Part shown: positions 1-9,871 of the stretch, one piece after another
How the letters are laid out: every line of letters begins with the position of its first letter
How positions within the stretch are numbered: the first letter of the stretch is position 1
DNA from: an uncultured Chloroflexia bacterium
GTDB taxonomy: Bacteria > Chloroflexota > Ktedonobacteria > Ktedonobacterales > JADMIN01
NCBI GenBank assembly: GCA_963718915.1
Contig: CAVRAI010000004.1
Location: forward strand, 870,001-902,000
Direction: 5' to 3'
Length of the DNA stretch: 32,000 nt
Program-made: the position numbers and the translations under genes
The notes under the pieces: generated by a model
The model's database searches: none
The model's input: the letters and a program-made list of their open reading frames with translations, nothing else
Told to the model about the DNA's origin: nothing

Positions 1-306
1 ACCACACAGCCGGAGTTCAGTTTCTGGTTCAACGACGTTGGCTGGGGCGTTGAGAATTACGGAACCGATCCGACGATTGAGGTTGAGTACCTTCCGCAAG
101 CTTACGTGGCTGGTGAAGACCCACAACTGGAGCGAGCAATTGCCGAGGCCGTCAAACTGGTTGAAGTGCGGCCCCAGTCTACTCCCATTCCAGGGCCGCG
201 GCCGGAACGTGGCTTCTCGCCGAATGGCCACATCCCGCAAGGAGATATGGTCGAAGCCCCCATCCAGACATCTACGACCGGGACGGCGGCCTCGGACAAC
301 GCATGA
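1..306 (+). CDS. C-terminal fragment of a tricorn-protease-like (S41-type) peptidase, 5' truncated by the window edge
   Basis: Frame 1 is open from base 1 to TGA at 304-306. The translation TTQPEFSFWFNDVGWGVENYGTDPTIEVEYLPQAYVAGEDPQLERAIAEAVKLV matches my recollection of the conserved C-terminal end of tricorn protease homologues. The assignment is from memory and no search was run. Confidence 0.55.
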   Translation, partial: TTQPEFSFWFNDVGWGVENYGTDPTIEVEYLPQAYVAGEDPQLERAIAEAVKLVEVRPQSTPIPGPRPERGFSPNGHIPQGDMVEAPIQTSTTGTAASDNA

Positions 307-341
307 GTATGCGATGATGTACTGGCCTGATGGCGCTGGCG

Positions 342-1886
342 CTACCAGTCATCATCAGGTGGCTCATCTGGATAACCACCGCGGGGCGCTTTATGCGTCC
401 CGCCGGAGCCGCGCCCGCGCTCACCACCAGATTCGCGGCTCCACGGATCACGCGGTGGATACCCTCCGCCGCGTGATCCGCCGCCATAGCTTTGATCTGT
501 GCCGCGTGGTTGCCCTGGCTGATTGTAGGAACTCTCTGGATCGCCCCATGGGTCTTGTGGGGGATAGTTACCACTCGCGCCCGAGCCATAGCCGCCAAAG
601 GGCGCGTCAGCATAGCCGTCTGGCGCGTGCCACTGACCCGTCATAGGTCGTGGGCGCCATTCAGGATCAGGCTCATCGGACTGGGGCCAGCCACTGGCGT
701 CATTTCCGTAGCCGGGTTGCGGCGCATTGCCACTCTCATGATAGGTGGAGAAGCCTTGTGTCGGCGCGTCCCAGCCGGGGTTTCCCACATTGCCTGCGCC
801 TCCATAGCCATTGTCCTGATACATATCACCATACATATTGCCTGGCGGGCCATACCCAGGACCGCTGCCTCCATAATATCCAGCGGCGGAACCAGCTTCG
901 CCCTCAGGATTTCTCCGATTGCGCACCATGAAGAAGAGCACGCTTCCTGTCACCAGCAAAGCCAACAAAATCGCAGCGGCCACCACGACGATGACGATTG
1001 CTGTTGAATCACCGTTCTGGTGAGGCGTAGGCGTTACGACGACGGCGGTGGGGGTTACGGCAGGTGTAGGCGTAAGGGCAGCATCTACATGAAGTGTAGC
1101 CGTCACATCCAGCGCTGGACGCACACCCTGGGGAGCGCTCGTGAAGGCTCGCAAGGTTACATCGCCCAGGTCCGTTGGACGTGGCTGATAGGACAGGTCG
1201 AATCCACCGCTTGCATTGGGTGCGAGAGTCGTCAGTTCGTGGGTAACTTCCTGGGAATTAGTCACGCTCAGAGTCACACTGCCGGAGCCTAAGAAATTTG
1301 CTCCGCTGACGGCGACTAGCGAGCCAGCGTTGGTTGTCGTAGGGTTGAGTGTGAGCGTTGGCGACAGTACGGTGAGCAATTGATACCCAACACTCGCGAC
1401 ACCCGCGGGGCTGGACGCGCAGATGGAATATGGACTGCCTGTGGCGGTCAGGGCGTTTGGCCAGGTGAAGGTAAAGATGATGCTGCCATCGGATTGGGGG
1501 CGCACGTGATTCAATGTCTGCACCCAGGAGTTGGTGTTGACGCAGGCTACCCCTGGTGCGGCCATCCCCACCAGCACATCGGAAGTAGCCCAGTTAGATC
1601 CGATGACCGTAATATGCGCACTCATCGGACCTTGCCCAGATAAAGGCACTGACAGCGACAGTGTTGGGGGGCCGACCTGCGCCGTTGGACTTGGAGTCAC
1701 ATCGAGGTGAGTGATAGGAGCGCTATAGGCAGTGAACGCGTTGTCCTGCCGCGAAACTCCTACCAACTGGACGGTCATTGCCAGTATAAGCGCCAGAAAT
1801 CCGGCGAGCAGTACGAGCCACCATCCCTTGCGCGAGTGAGTGTTAAAGGCCTTCCGCCTGCTACTTCGGGCGTCGACTTGAGACAT
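342..1886 (-). CDS. Two-TM membrane protein with Ig/IPT-like extracytoplasmic region and a long Gly/Tyr/Pro-rich low-complexity cytoplasmic tail
   Basis: A 527-aa ORF spans 342-1925 with a TTG start. ATG at 1886 (MSQVDARSSRRK...) is the more likely start. TM1 is WWLVLLAGFLALILAMTVQLVGV. The middle is beta-rich and Thr/Ser/Val-rich (LTLNPTTTNAGSLVAVSGANFLGSGSVTLSV). TM2 is AIVIVVVAAAILLALLVTGSVLFFMV. About 190 aa of GYYGGSGPGYGPPGNMYGDMYQDNGYGG...-type sequence follow. Confidence 0.7.
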   Translation of the reverse strand: MSQVDARSSRRKAFNTHSRKGWWLVLLAGFLALILAMTVQLVGVSRQDNAFTAYSAPITHLDVTPSPTAQVGPPTLSLSVPLSGQGPMSAHITVIGSNWATSDVLVGMAAPGVACVNTNSWVQTLNHVRPQSDGSIIFTFTWPNALTATGSPYSICASSPAGVASVGYQLLTVLSPTLTLNPTTTNAGSLVAVSGANFLGSGSVTLSVTNSQEVTHELTTLAPNASGGFDLSYQPRPTDLGDVTLRAFTSAPQGVRPALDVTATLHVDAALTPTPAVTPTAVVVTPTPHQNGDSTAIVIVVVAAAILLALLVTGSVLFFMVRNRRNPEGEAGSAAGYYGGSGPGYGPPGNMYGDMYQDNGYGGAGNVGNPGWDAPTQGFSTYHESGNAPQPGYGNDASGWPQSDEPDPEWRPRPMTGQWHAPDGYADAPFGGYGSGASGNYPPQDPWGDPESSYNQPGQPRGTDQSYGGGSRGGGYPPRDPWSRESGGERGRGSGGTHKAPRGGYPDEPPDDDW

Positions 1887-2097
1887 CCATCTACAACTAT
1901 CCTCACACGGAAACCTCTCCACCAAATTTCCAACATACAGATATACATATCATACGCCCGTCACCTGAAGCCTACTCACACGCCTCAGGTAGTGCGAGCG
2001 CCGACCTCTCGCCGAATAGACGTTCGCCCAAACAGATACAGCGTCGGCGATACGGAACACCTCTCAGATACCATGATTCGCTGAACCAGTGTATCCG

Positions 2098-3561
2098 CTA
2101 CATCGAGAAGAGTGTCCCAGTTTGCGCCATCCGCAGCAGTAGAATTGCTAAGCCCAACAGGAGGGTCAGAATAATTGCTGCCACGATCCAGCCTCGCGAA
2201 TTCGACTGACGCGGCAATTCCCGCGCAACCGGCGAAGCGCCCGCCCGCCGCGCCTGCTTGATGGCAGGACTGGAAATGCCAAATGCGGAGGGCCGAAGCG
2301 TTGACAGCTGCTGCGTAGGATCCATGGTCGTATCTGCTCGAATGTTCGAGACTTCACCAGCGCGATAGGTCAGCGGAGGTCCCGACTCTTGCGCGGCAGG
2401 AAATGAGAGCGGATGTGGACCAGAGGCGCCACGCGACGTTCCGCTGATGTGACTCGGAAACACCTGGCGCCCAACCTCACCCTGCGATTCCGACAAGCTC
2501 ATATATGGAGCGGGAATTGTAGCGCGCAGGCTCGTTAGTAACGGATCTGGTTGGGGCGCGGGACCTGCTGTTATGTCTGATGGTCTGCGTCCTAATGCGT
2601 TCGTTTGCGATCCCTTCGTATACGCAGAGCCTCCCGATCGCGGCGGTGTCATCGGCGCCTGCGATGGAGACGGCGCAATCGGAGGCAGACTGGCATATGG
2701 CAACGGTGAAATGGGGTTCGCGAATGGCAGTGGTGACGAGTCGCCAGCGACAAGCGCCGCCATCAGCGCCGCACCCATCTCGCTCGCGGTTGTGAAGCGA
2801 TCTTCTGGTCGCTTGGCCAGCGCCTGCAGGATAACCATTTCAAGCGCCGGGGTGACTTCTGGATTCAGTCGTCGTGGCGATTCAGGAAGGCGATAGAGAT
2901 GCGCCTCCATCACGGCGTTCGATGACGAGCCGGTAAACGGCAGCCGCCCGGTCATGAACAGGTAGAGCACAACACCCAGGCCATAGAGATCGGATCGTGC
3001 CTCGGTGCGGCCTTCGATCTGCTCTGGCGCCATATATTCGGGCGTACCGGCATCCGGATGATTGCGTGCCGCAGCTGGTTGCGCGCCGCTATCGAGAATC
3101 TTGGCCAGACCAAAATCCGAAAGCATGAGGCGACCATCGGAGTGAATGAGAATATTTGCAGGCTTGACATCACGATGAACGAGGTGGCGTTTATGAGCAT
3201 ACGCGAGCGCGTCAGTCAGCTGTGAGCCATAGGTAACCACCTCGCTCATCGACAGCGGCGCGCGTGATAGTTGATCTTGCAGGCTGCCACCACTGACATA
3301 GGGCATCACCAAGTAGAGCACGCCGTTCTCTTCGCCAAAGTCGAAGAGCTGCACGATATTTGGGTGATCGAGCGCTGCGGCCACACGAGCCTCTCGTAGA
3401 AAACGCTCGCGGAAGCCAGACCTGTCGGCCAGACGGCGATCCAGTACCTTGACCGCAACATCGCGGCCAAGGCGAACATCGCGCGCCAGGTAGACCTGTG
3501 CCATACCCCCTTCGCCGAGACGCTGTACAAGCTGGTATGCCCCCAGCTTCCACTCTCGCAT
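2098..3561 (-). CDS. Hanks-type Ser/Thr protein kinase, C-terminally membrane anchored
   Basis: Kinase subdomain motifs are present: GEGGMAQVY, VAVKVL, HRDVKPANIL, DFGLAKI, GTPEYMAPEQ. A Pro/Ser-rich linker and a single C-terminal TM (WIVAAIILTLLLGLAILLL) follow, with only about 11 aa beyond it. The ORF extends to a TTG at 3639. ATG at 3561 (MREWKLGAYQLV) with GGAAGGG upstream is the preferred start. Confidence 0.9.
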   Translation of the reverse strand: MREWKLGAYQLVQRLGEGGMAQVYLARDVRLGRDVAVKVLDRRLADRSGFRERFLREARVAAALDHPNIVQLFDFGEENGVLYLVMPYVSGGSLQDQLSRAPLSMSEVVTYGSQLTDALAYAHKRHLVHRDVKPANILIHSDGRLMLSDFGLAKILDSGAQPAAARNHPDAGTPEYMAPEQIEGRTEARSDLYGLGVVLYLFMTGRLPFTGSSSNAVMEAHLYRLPESPRRLNPEVTPALEMVILQALAKRPEDRFTTASEMGAALMAALVAGDSSPLPFANPISPLPYASLPPIAPSPSQAPMTPPRSGGSAYTKGSQTNALGRRPSDITAGPAPQPDPLLTSLRATIPAPYMSLSESQGEVGRQVFPSHISGTSRGASGPHPLSFPAAQESGPPLTYRAGEVSNIRADTTMDPTQQLSTLRPSAFGISSPAIKQARRAGASPVARELPRQSNSRGWIVAAIILTLLLGLAILLLRMAQTGTLFSM

Positions 3562-3761
3562 GCTCCTGGTCCCTTCCTGGTTCACGTTTCCTTCGGATTC
3601 TCCGCCATTAACCCCTTGAGACCCACCGCCGCTGCCCAACCTCGACAGCTTGCGCCCAGCAGGTCTCTCGCATTATACAGCCTTGTGATACTGCGGCTCA
3701 TAATTATGACGCTACAGTACCACCTGCCTTACAGTAGGGTACAGACGGAATGGGAGCATGG

Positions 3762-5717
3762 TCATGTCTGCGAGGTGGTTTTGTCAGCTTCTGGTTCCCC
3801 TGTCGATTCAGTTGCGGGTTCCGTTGGAGGTTCAGTAGTGGGTTCGCCTTCCGCTTCCGAATCACTCTCGGTCGCCTGGGGGTGAGGGCGCGAGCGGGGG
3901 AATGCGATACGCAGAGGCAAAATACGCTCGCGACGCTGCTCCGCTTCGAGGTTATGCGCCCGTGCTTTGAGCAGATCATTGAGGGACAGCATACCGATGA
4001 CCTTGTTGGAATTATCCCGCTCGACGACAGGAAACTGCGTCAAGCCAGTGGATGCCATACGATAGACTGCGACGCGCAGCGGTTCATCTGGATAGGCCAC
4101 AACGGGGTCGCTGTTCATAATGTCTGCCAGTCGCAAGTTTGCTAGGTCGGCGGTCTTGTCTTCGACCGCATGTTGCATATCGCTGCGCGCGACTACGCCC
4201 ACCAGCAGCCCGTCCTCATCGGTGATCGGGAAGAGATATTGGCCGCGAGGGCGATCTCCATCCTGGATGCGTTTCTCCAGATCGCGCACTAATGTATCGG
4301 ATGAGAATGCGACGACGTTAGTCTGCGCTACCTCTCGTACGAACAGAATCTCCAGGGGATCGACCGCATACTCGCGGCTCAGATGGTAGCCGCGGCGAGC
4401 GACTTTCTCGGTCAGGATCGAGCGCTTCAACGTCAGTACGGTGAAGCCGTGGGCGATCACGCAGGCGACCAGCAACGGGAGAAGCGCGTTGATGTCGTGC
4501 GTCAGCTCCAGCGTAAAAATGACCCCGGTAAATGGCGAACGCATTGTGCCACCCAGAATCGCGGCCATTGCGATCAACTCCCAGAAGCCAGCGCCCTCGA
4601 AGGGCAAAACGAGCGCGAGCAGACCTCCAAGCGCGCCACCCATCATCAACAATGGCGCCAGGACGCCGCCAGAGGTGCCTGAACCGAGCGAGACTGACCA
4701 GATGATGGACTTCACAATCAACACGCCCAGGATGGTTCCCATGGCTACATGTCCCTGAAGCAGCACATTGATGGTGGAATAGCCGACGCCGAGCGCCTGC
4801 GGGAAGATGAGTCCACCCAGGCCAATCACAACCCCACCAATAGCGGGCCACCACATCCAGTGGATTGGCAGCAGCCGGAATGCGTCTTCGGCGGCATAGA
4901 CAGCCAGCGTCAACAGAGCGGATAGCGCTCCCGCCAGCACCCCGACGAGAACACAGCCCAACAGGCCGCCGACGCCGATGAACGCGACGTGCGCGGGCGT
5001 CGGGAAGAGCGGTCCGGCGCCGATGAGATAGTAGCGGGCGGCGTCAGCTGTCACGGCAGCCAGAGCCACTGGAATGAGACTGCGTGGCTTCCATTCGAAG
5101 AGCAGCAATTCAACCGCGAGCAATGTGGATGCTATCGGCGCGGAGAATGTCGCCGCCATACCAGCGGCGGCGCCTGCAACGAGAAGTGTTTTGCGCTCGG
5201 CGCTGGTGAGCCGAAGACATTGCGCGACCAGCGAACCAAACGCGCCGCCCGTCATGATGATTGGCCCTTCGGCGCCGAACGGTCCACCTGAGCCGATAGA
5301 GATTGCTGATGAGAGTGGCTTGAGTAGGGCGACGCGCGGCTGGATCCGGCTGCCATTGATCAGAATAGCCTCAATCGCTTCGGGAATGCCATGGCCGCGG
5401 ATGCGCTCCGAGCCGTAGCGTGCCATCAGGCCAATGACGAGCGCGCCGAGTACCGGCACGAGAACGACGAAGACGCCAAGATGATTGCCCGCTGGCGAGA
5501 CCAGGGTGGTATCCCAGCGCTGAAAGAAAAAGAGGTTGGTGAAGAGGCCAATGAGCCTGAGCAGCACCAGCGCCACGACCGCTCCCAGGAGGCCGATCAC
5601 AATCGCCAGAGCGGACAGCATAATAACCCGCGGCGTTGTCGTAAAGTCGCCGAGCCGCTGCTCGTGCGTCTCTGTCTTCGTGGAGCGTCCAGAAAGTCGT
5701 AAGAATAAAGAGTTCAT
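3762..5717 (-). CDS. ClC-family chloride channel/transporter with C-terminal CBS domain pair and acidic tail
   Basis: The 651-aa ORF has an AGGAGG RBS before ATG 5717 and many TM helices. ClC selectivity-filter-like motifs GSGGPFGAEGP and GSGTSGGVLAP are present. The C-terminal half has two CBS-like repeats (VREVAQTNVVAF..., LADIMNSDPVVAYPDEPL...). The gene ends in a Glu/Thr/Pro-rich tail. Confidence 0.9.
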   Translation of the reverse strand: MNSLFLRLSGRSTKTETHEQRLGDFTTTPRVIMLSALAIVIGLLGAVVALVLLRLIGLFTNLFFFQRWDTTLVSPAGNHLGVFVVLVPVLGALVIGLMARYGSERIRGHGIPEAIEAILINGSRIQPRVALLKPLSSAISIGSGGPFGAEGPIIMTGGAFGSLVAQCLRLTSAERKTLLVAGAAAGMAATFSAPIASTLLAVELLLFEWKPRSLIPVALAAVTADAARYYLIGAGPLFPTPAHVAFIGVGGLLGCVLVGVLAGALSALLTLAVYAAEDAFRLLPIHWMWWPAIGGVVIGLGGLIFPQALGVGYSTINVLLQGHVAMGTILGVLIVKSIIWSVSLGSGTSGGVLAPLLMMGGALGGLLALVLPFEGAGFWELIAMAAILGGTMRSPFTGVIFTLELTHDINALLPLLVACVIAHGFTVLTLKRSILTEKVARRGYHLSREYAVDPLEILFVREVAQTNVVAFSSDTLVRDLEKRIQDGDRPRGQYLFPITDEDGLLVGVVARSDMQHAVEDKTADLANLRLADIMNSDPVVAYPDEPLRVAVYRMASTGLTQFPVVERDNSNKVIGMLSLNDLLKARAHNLEAEQRRERILPLRIAFPRSRPHPQATESDSEAEGEPTTEPPTEPATESTGEPEADKTTSQT

Positions 5718-6171
5718 TGCGCGCCTCCTGGCTGCCGTACCAAATTGCGCATCACGAGGTTGCGCGATGAGGGAAAGAGTGCTGATGGCAAGGTGTATGT
5801 GGCGCCAGGCTCGTTGCTTGTGGCGACAGTGATGAAGCGGCAGCGTGCCGAAGGAGAAACAGACCCGATGATAGCTCTGAGAGCACCCAGCGCCGAAAAA
5901 GTAGCAACCTGCTGAGAATCTTCACTTCGCGTGCTCCGACCAATTGATGTGGCAGTGAATTCTCTCAGCGAACAGACGCGCAGCATACAGCCTCCAAAAG
6001 TAATCTCTTTTCAGTAATAGTCGTCGCGAGTTTTGGCACATCCGATTTCCGCGCCATCTGCGCCGTACTCCTTAGTATATCTCATTGCGATATTGTGTCA
6101 CATCTAACATTCCAAAATCGCGAACAACGAACTGCTGCCTACAGACTAACGCCGCATCATTTCCGGCGCCG

Positions 6172-6200
6172 TTGCCGCTGACGGATTGGCATGCTAAAAT
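6172..6200 (+). promoter_or_regulatory. Candidate sigma70-type promoter (extended -10) upstream of the hydrolase gene
   Basis: TTGCCG (6172-6177), a 17-nt spacer ending in TGc, then TAAAAT (6195-6200). This would give a leader of about 125 nt before ATG 6332. The call rests on sequence pattern only. Confidence 0.35.
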
Positions 6201-6331
6201 GTGCCGAACAATGCACAATGAACCAAAGAACCAATGCATGCACTGCAGTGTGCGACCAGACAGTGTGGCTGTCTCATGGCTGATCGGCGGTATCGTGATA
6301 GGCGTGCATCTTAACTCCAAAGGGGCAGCGA

Positions 6332-7249
6332 ATGGCAGGATCGGTGACATACCAGTCAGAACGTGTTGGTGACTGGGGGGTGGCTACTGCCGTCGATGGC
6401 GGACGATACGAGACTGGCACGATGAAGATGACAGACGGTGTCACGATCTTTTATCGCGCGTGGCTGCACCCCGATGCACAGCGTCCGGTGTTGCTGCTCA
6501 TGCACGGTATCGGAGCGCATAGTGGTTGGTTCATCGACATGGGGAATTGCCTCAACGAGCAAGGGCTGACCGTCTATATCATGGACCATCGTGGGTTCGG
6601 GCGCTCTGGTGGTCTGCGTGGCCACGTCGCTGAGGCTCAGACGCCAGTCCGCGACGCCGAAGCTGTGGTGGCGGAGCTTCGCCATCGACATCCAGAGGCT
6701 CCGGTGAGTATTCTCGGCCATAGCCTCGCAGCGATTTATGCTCTTCACATGGCTTCCGACGATTCTACCGCGACACAGCACCGACTCGCTGGCATGATTC
6801 TGGTGAACCCAGGGATTGCCGCGACCTGGAAAGTGCCCATGGGGCGTCAGGTGGCTATGGCCGTGGGTGGGCTGAGCGGCTCGACACGGCAATGGAGCCT
6901 TGCGCCCGGACACGAGATCATGACAACCAATGCCGAGGCAAAGCGTATGCTTGATGCGGATACGTACTGGCAGCGTACGCAGAGCGCTGCGTTTATCTAT
7001 CAGGTATTGTTACGCCTACGGAGTTCGGCGATGAAACGCGCGCCAAGCATACGCACACCCGCCCTCGTCATCCAGTGCGAAGGTGACCTATCGGTCGTGC
7101 CTGCCGCCTCGCGACGCTGTTACGATATATTGGGCAGCGCGGACAAGACGTGGAAAACGTACCCGAACTTTAGTCACGATTTCGAATTCGAGCCGCATCG
7201 CGCGGTGCTGGACGCTGATATCGCAGCCTGGGTAATGGGCCATCGCTGA
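6332..7249 (+). CDS. Alpha/beta-fold hydrolase (lysophospholipase / monoacylglycerol-lipase-like)
   Basis: An oxyanion-region HG motif (LLLMHGIGAHSGWF), a nucleophile elbow GHSLA, and a C-terminal His region (NFSHDFEFEP) are present. The size of 305 aa is typical. An alternative start lies at 6422. Confidence 0.8.
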   Translation: MAGSVTYQSERVGDWGVATAVDGGRYETGTMKMTDGVTIFYRAWLHPDAQRPVLLLMHGIGAHSGWFIDMGNCLNEQGLTVYIMDHRGFGRSGGLRGHVAEAQTPVRDAEAVVAELRHRHPEAPVSILGHSLAAIYALHMASDDSTATQHRLAGMILVNPGIAATWKVPMGRQVAMAVGGLSGSTRQWSLAPGHEIMTTNAEAKRMLDADTYWQRTQSAAFIYQVLLRLRSSAMKRAPSIRTPALVIQCEGDLSVVPAASRRCYDILGSADKTWKTYPNFSHDFEFEPHRAVLDADIAAWVMGHR

Positions 7250-7328
7250 GCGGCGACAGCCTGCTGATGGTCTGTCGCGTTCATCTGGCGGTAGTATCAG
7301 TCGAGACGAAATAGTCAAGAACGGTCGC

Positions 7329-8918
7329 ATGCGTCAGGATGGCGCTGTGCGAGAGAGAAATAGCGAGTTCATGCTAGAACTGCTGATAACACTTGCGCGG
7401 ATTTTCCGCGACAACGATAAAGATCTCTATATGGTCGGCGGCACAGTACGCGATTTGCTGCTGCGTCGCCCGACGTCGCCAGATATTGATCTGACCACGA
7501 ACGCTCGACCAGATGAGATCAAACGGCTCATTGCCCATACACATCCCGACGCGGTTGTGACGGTTGGCGAGCAGTTTGGCACGGTGCGCGTGCACTATCG
7601 CCGCGCCACTGCGGTCGCGTCAGAAGATACAGTGGTTCGGCAGGAAATAAGTCCAGTGCCCGCCGCATTAGTAGCGGAGGCGAGCGGTGACGTTGACATA
7701 GTCGAAATCACCACCTATCGTAGCGACCAGTATACTGATGGGTCGCGTAAGCCAGAAGTCACTTTTGGCGACTCACTTGAAGGCGATCTGCTGCGACGAG
7801 ATTTCACCATCAACGCCATGGCGCGTGATCCGCTCTCTGGGGAGATTGTTGATCCCTTTGGTGGCAGGGAAGACCTTGAACATCGTCTGATTCGCGCTGT
7901 CGGCAATGATCCGGCCAGTCGCTTCGAGGAGGATCCGTTGCGATTGCTCCGCGCGGCACGTTTCGCGGCACAGCTCGGCTGTGAGATCGAGCCGCTCACG
8001 GCAAACGCGATCAAACTCCAGGCGCCAACGCTGGCCCGCATCAGTCGCGAACGTATTCGCGATGAATTTACCAAGCTGCTGGTGACACAAAATCCGGCGC
8101 GTGGCCTGCGGCTGCTTGTTGATTTTGGACTGATGCCATGGATTGTGCCTGAAGTGCTGGAACTTTGTGGGGTAAGCCAGAAGCCCGCGCACTCGAAGGA
8201 TGTCTATGATCATGTGTTGCGTGTGGTCGAGCGGACACCCCCGCGGCCAGCCACCCGCTGGGCTGGGTTGCTACATGATATCGCGAAGCCGCGTACACGT
8301 TCGGTGGAGGATGGGAAAGTCCACTTCTTCGGGCATGAAGACGTTGGCGCAGTGATGGCGCGTGAAATCATGCATCGACTCAAGTTCGACCGCCCCTTTA
8401 TCGAATACGTCAGCCGATTAGTAAAGCTGCATATGCGCGCCAACGCCTACCTGCCTGAATGGACCGATGGCGCGGTGCGGCGGTTGATGCTGGATGCGGG
8501 CGATGGGTTGCCCGATCTGCTTGAACTTTCACGTGCCGATATTACCAGCTATCGTCAGGATAAAGTCTCGCGGGCGGAGTCGCGCGTCAGCGAACTCGAG
8601 TCGCGGTGCCAGCGATTGCGCGAGCAGGCAGAGCGCGTGCCCATCCGCAGTCCATTGGACGGCAACGACCTGATGAGCATTTTTGGGCGCGAGCCGGGGC
8701 CGTGGCTGCGACCGCTCAAGGAATATCTCCTTGGTCTCGTGATCGATGGCCAGCTAGCTTCAGATGATCGCGACGAGGCGACAAGGCTCGCGACTGTTTT
8801 CCTGGCGGAACAGGAGCAACTCCCATCGGAGCGTGCGGGAGAAGGAGCGAGCAGCGGACAACCTGGCCAAATGGCGGCTTCAATACGCACCGGGGAGACC
8901 AGTGAAGGAACACGGTGA
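7329..8918 (+). CDS. cca: CCA-adding tRNA nucleotidyltransferase / poly(A) polymerase family protein with HD domain
   Basis: Head-domain motifs are YMVGGTVRDLLL, DIDLTT and RRDFTINAMA. HD-domain motifs are LLHDIAKP and FFGHEDVGA. An alternative start lies at 7371 (MLELLITLARIF). Confidence 0.8.
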   Translation: MRQDGAVRERNSEFMLELLITLARIFRDNDKDLYMVGGTVRDLLLRRPTSPDIDLTTNARPDEIKRLIAHTHPDAVVTVGEQFGTVRVHYRRATAVASEDTVVRQEISPVPAALVAEASGDVDIVEITTYRSDQYTDGSRKPEVTFGDSLEGDLLRRDFTINAMARDPLSGEIVDPFGGREDLEHRLIRAVGNDPASRFEEDPLRLLRAARFAAQLGCEIEPLTANAIKLQAPTLARISRERIRDEFTKLLVTQNPARGLRLLVDFGLMPWIVPEVLELCGVSQKPAHSKDVYDHVLRVVERTPPRPATRWAGLLHDIAKPRTRSVEDGKVHFFGHEDVGAVMAREIMHRLKFDRPFIEYVSRLVKLHMRANAYLPEWTDGAVRRLMLDAGDGLPDLLELSRADITSYRQDKVSRAESRVSELESRCQRLREQAERVPIRSPLDGNDLMSIFGREPGPWLRPLKEYLLGLVIDGQLASDDRDEATRLATVFLAEQEQLPSERAGEGASSGQPGQMAASIRTGETSEGTR

Positions 8919-9280
8919 GCGACATGCATGCTGCGAGCGCCATCTCGTTCGCAGCCGGACCGCAGAGAATGCGCATACGCTGAAGGCGTCGGGCCTGGTA
9001 TGGTATGCTACAGGGCGAATAACATTGCACAGCTTGAGAGGATCATCCCGGCGATGGGCGTAAATCAGGCCCTACATCGCGCGTCGAAGCATCAGGGTCG
9101 GTTCGTCGAACCCGGATCACTTCAGACAAAGGCAGAGGTATGCTGGAACAGCTGCCCATCGCATGGCAGGGCAAAACGCGAAGACCAGTACCCGCGAATC
9201 AGCGCGGCGCTCTGCGTCTTGTTGCTCAATTGGCGGCGCCATTGGCCAGTGTCGTCTCCAAGTGGGAGAGTGACGACGTG

Positions 9281-9871
9281 ATGAGCCAGAGCGAGGGGCA
9301 GTCAGCGGTTGCGCATGAGGATAAAGAAGCGCTGCTCACCGCTGTATACCATGAGTATAGTGGGCAAATTCACAGCTATGCGTCACGCTTGCTGAGCAAC
9401 ACCGAAGATGCCGACGACATCACGCAGGAAGTCTTCATTCGCGCGCATGGGCACCTCGCCGAACTCCGCGATCCGGGTCGCCTCAAGTCATGGCTCTACC
9501 GTATAGCGACAAACCTGTGTATGGATCAGCTTCGCCGACGCTCGCGCACGCGACGGATTTTTGGTATCGCAGTGCCGCTCGGGCCTGATTCGGACGACAA
9601 TGAACATACGACGATGCGCGAGGTGGCCAATCCTGGGAGTACGGCGCCAATCGATCAGGTGGCCGAACGCGACCACATCGCTGGCGCGCTGCGTGAGATG
9701 CCACCCAAGTATGCGGTATGTCTGATGCTGCATAGCTCCCAGGGGCTTTCGTATCGCGAGATAGCCGATATTCTGGGGATTACACCTGGAGCCGCCGCCG
9801 TGCGTCTGACACGAGCGCGCGACCTGTTTAGCCGCCATTACAACGCACTACGAGGCGAGGGTTCGCTATGA
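9281..9871 (+). CDS. ECF (group 4) sigma-70 family RNA polymerase sigma factor
   Basis: Region 2 is DADDITQEVFIRAHGHLAELRDPGRLKSWLYRIATNLCMDQLRRR. Region 4 HTH is LSYREIADILGITPGAAAVRLTRARDLF. The track ORF starts at 9140, but ATG 9281 preceded by GGGAGAG gives a typical protein of about 196 aa. Confidence 0.85.
   Translation: MSQSEGQSAVAHEDKEALLTAVYHEYSGQIHSYASRLLSNTEDADDITQEVFIRAHGHLAELRDPGRLKSWLYRIATNLCMDQLRRRSRTRRIFGIAVPLGPDSDDNEHTTMREVANPGSTAPIDQVAERDHIAGALREMPPKYAVCLMLHSSQGLSYREIADILGITPGAAAVRLTRARDLFSRHYNALRGEGSL

Noticed and set aside
3750-5702. Plus-strand ORFs antisense to the ClC gene (3750-4145, 4383-4682, 5074-5418, 5391-5702 and others)
   Set aside because: These are typical GC-rich antisense frame artefacts. 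The minus-strand product has clear ClC and CBS motifs.
5718-6071. Possible fluoride or other riboswitch in the long leader upstream of the ClC gene
   Set aside because: I read both strands and could not find the crcB-motif core or any other riboswitch consensus I know. This ClC also has CBS domains, which is unlike the riboswitch-controlled ClC-F type. The region is left unannotated.
7252-7278. 7-bp hairpin GCGACAG/CTGTCGC after the hydrolase gene, and a 6-bp hairpin after the helical-repeat gene (18177-18199), considered as terminators
   Set aside because: The stems are short, the loops are long and there is no U-tract. This is too weak to list as terminators.
9140-9280. N-terminal 47-aa extension of the ECF sigma ORF
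   Set aside because: The extension has no similarity to sigma region 1/2 and is Arg/Ala/Leu-rich. ATG 9281 has a good GGGAGAG RBS and gives the canonical ECF length.
8919-9280. ORFs 8928-9281(+), 8764-9063(+), 8716-9030(-) and a possible ECF-type promoter (GAATC...CGTCT near 9200-9225) in the cca-sigma spacer
   Set aside because: The ORFs lack RBSs and recognisable motifs. The promoter-like match has non-canonical spacing (14 nt), so I do not report it as a feature.
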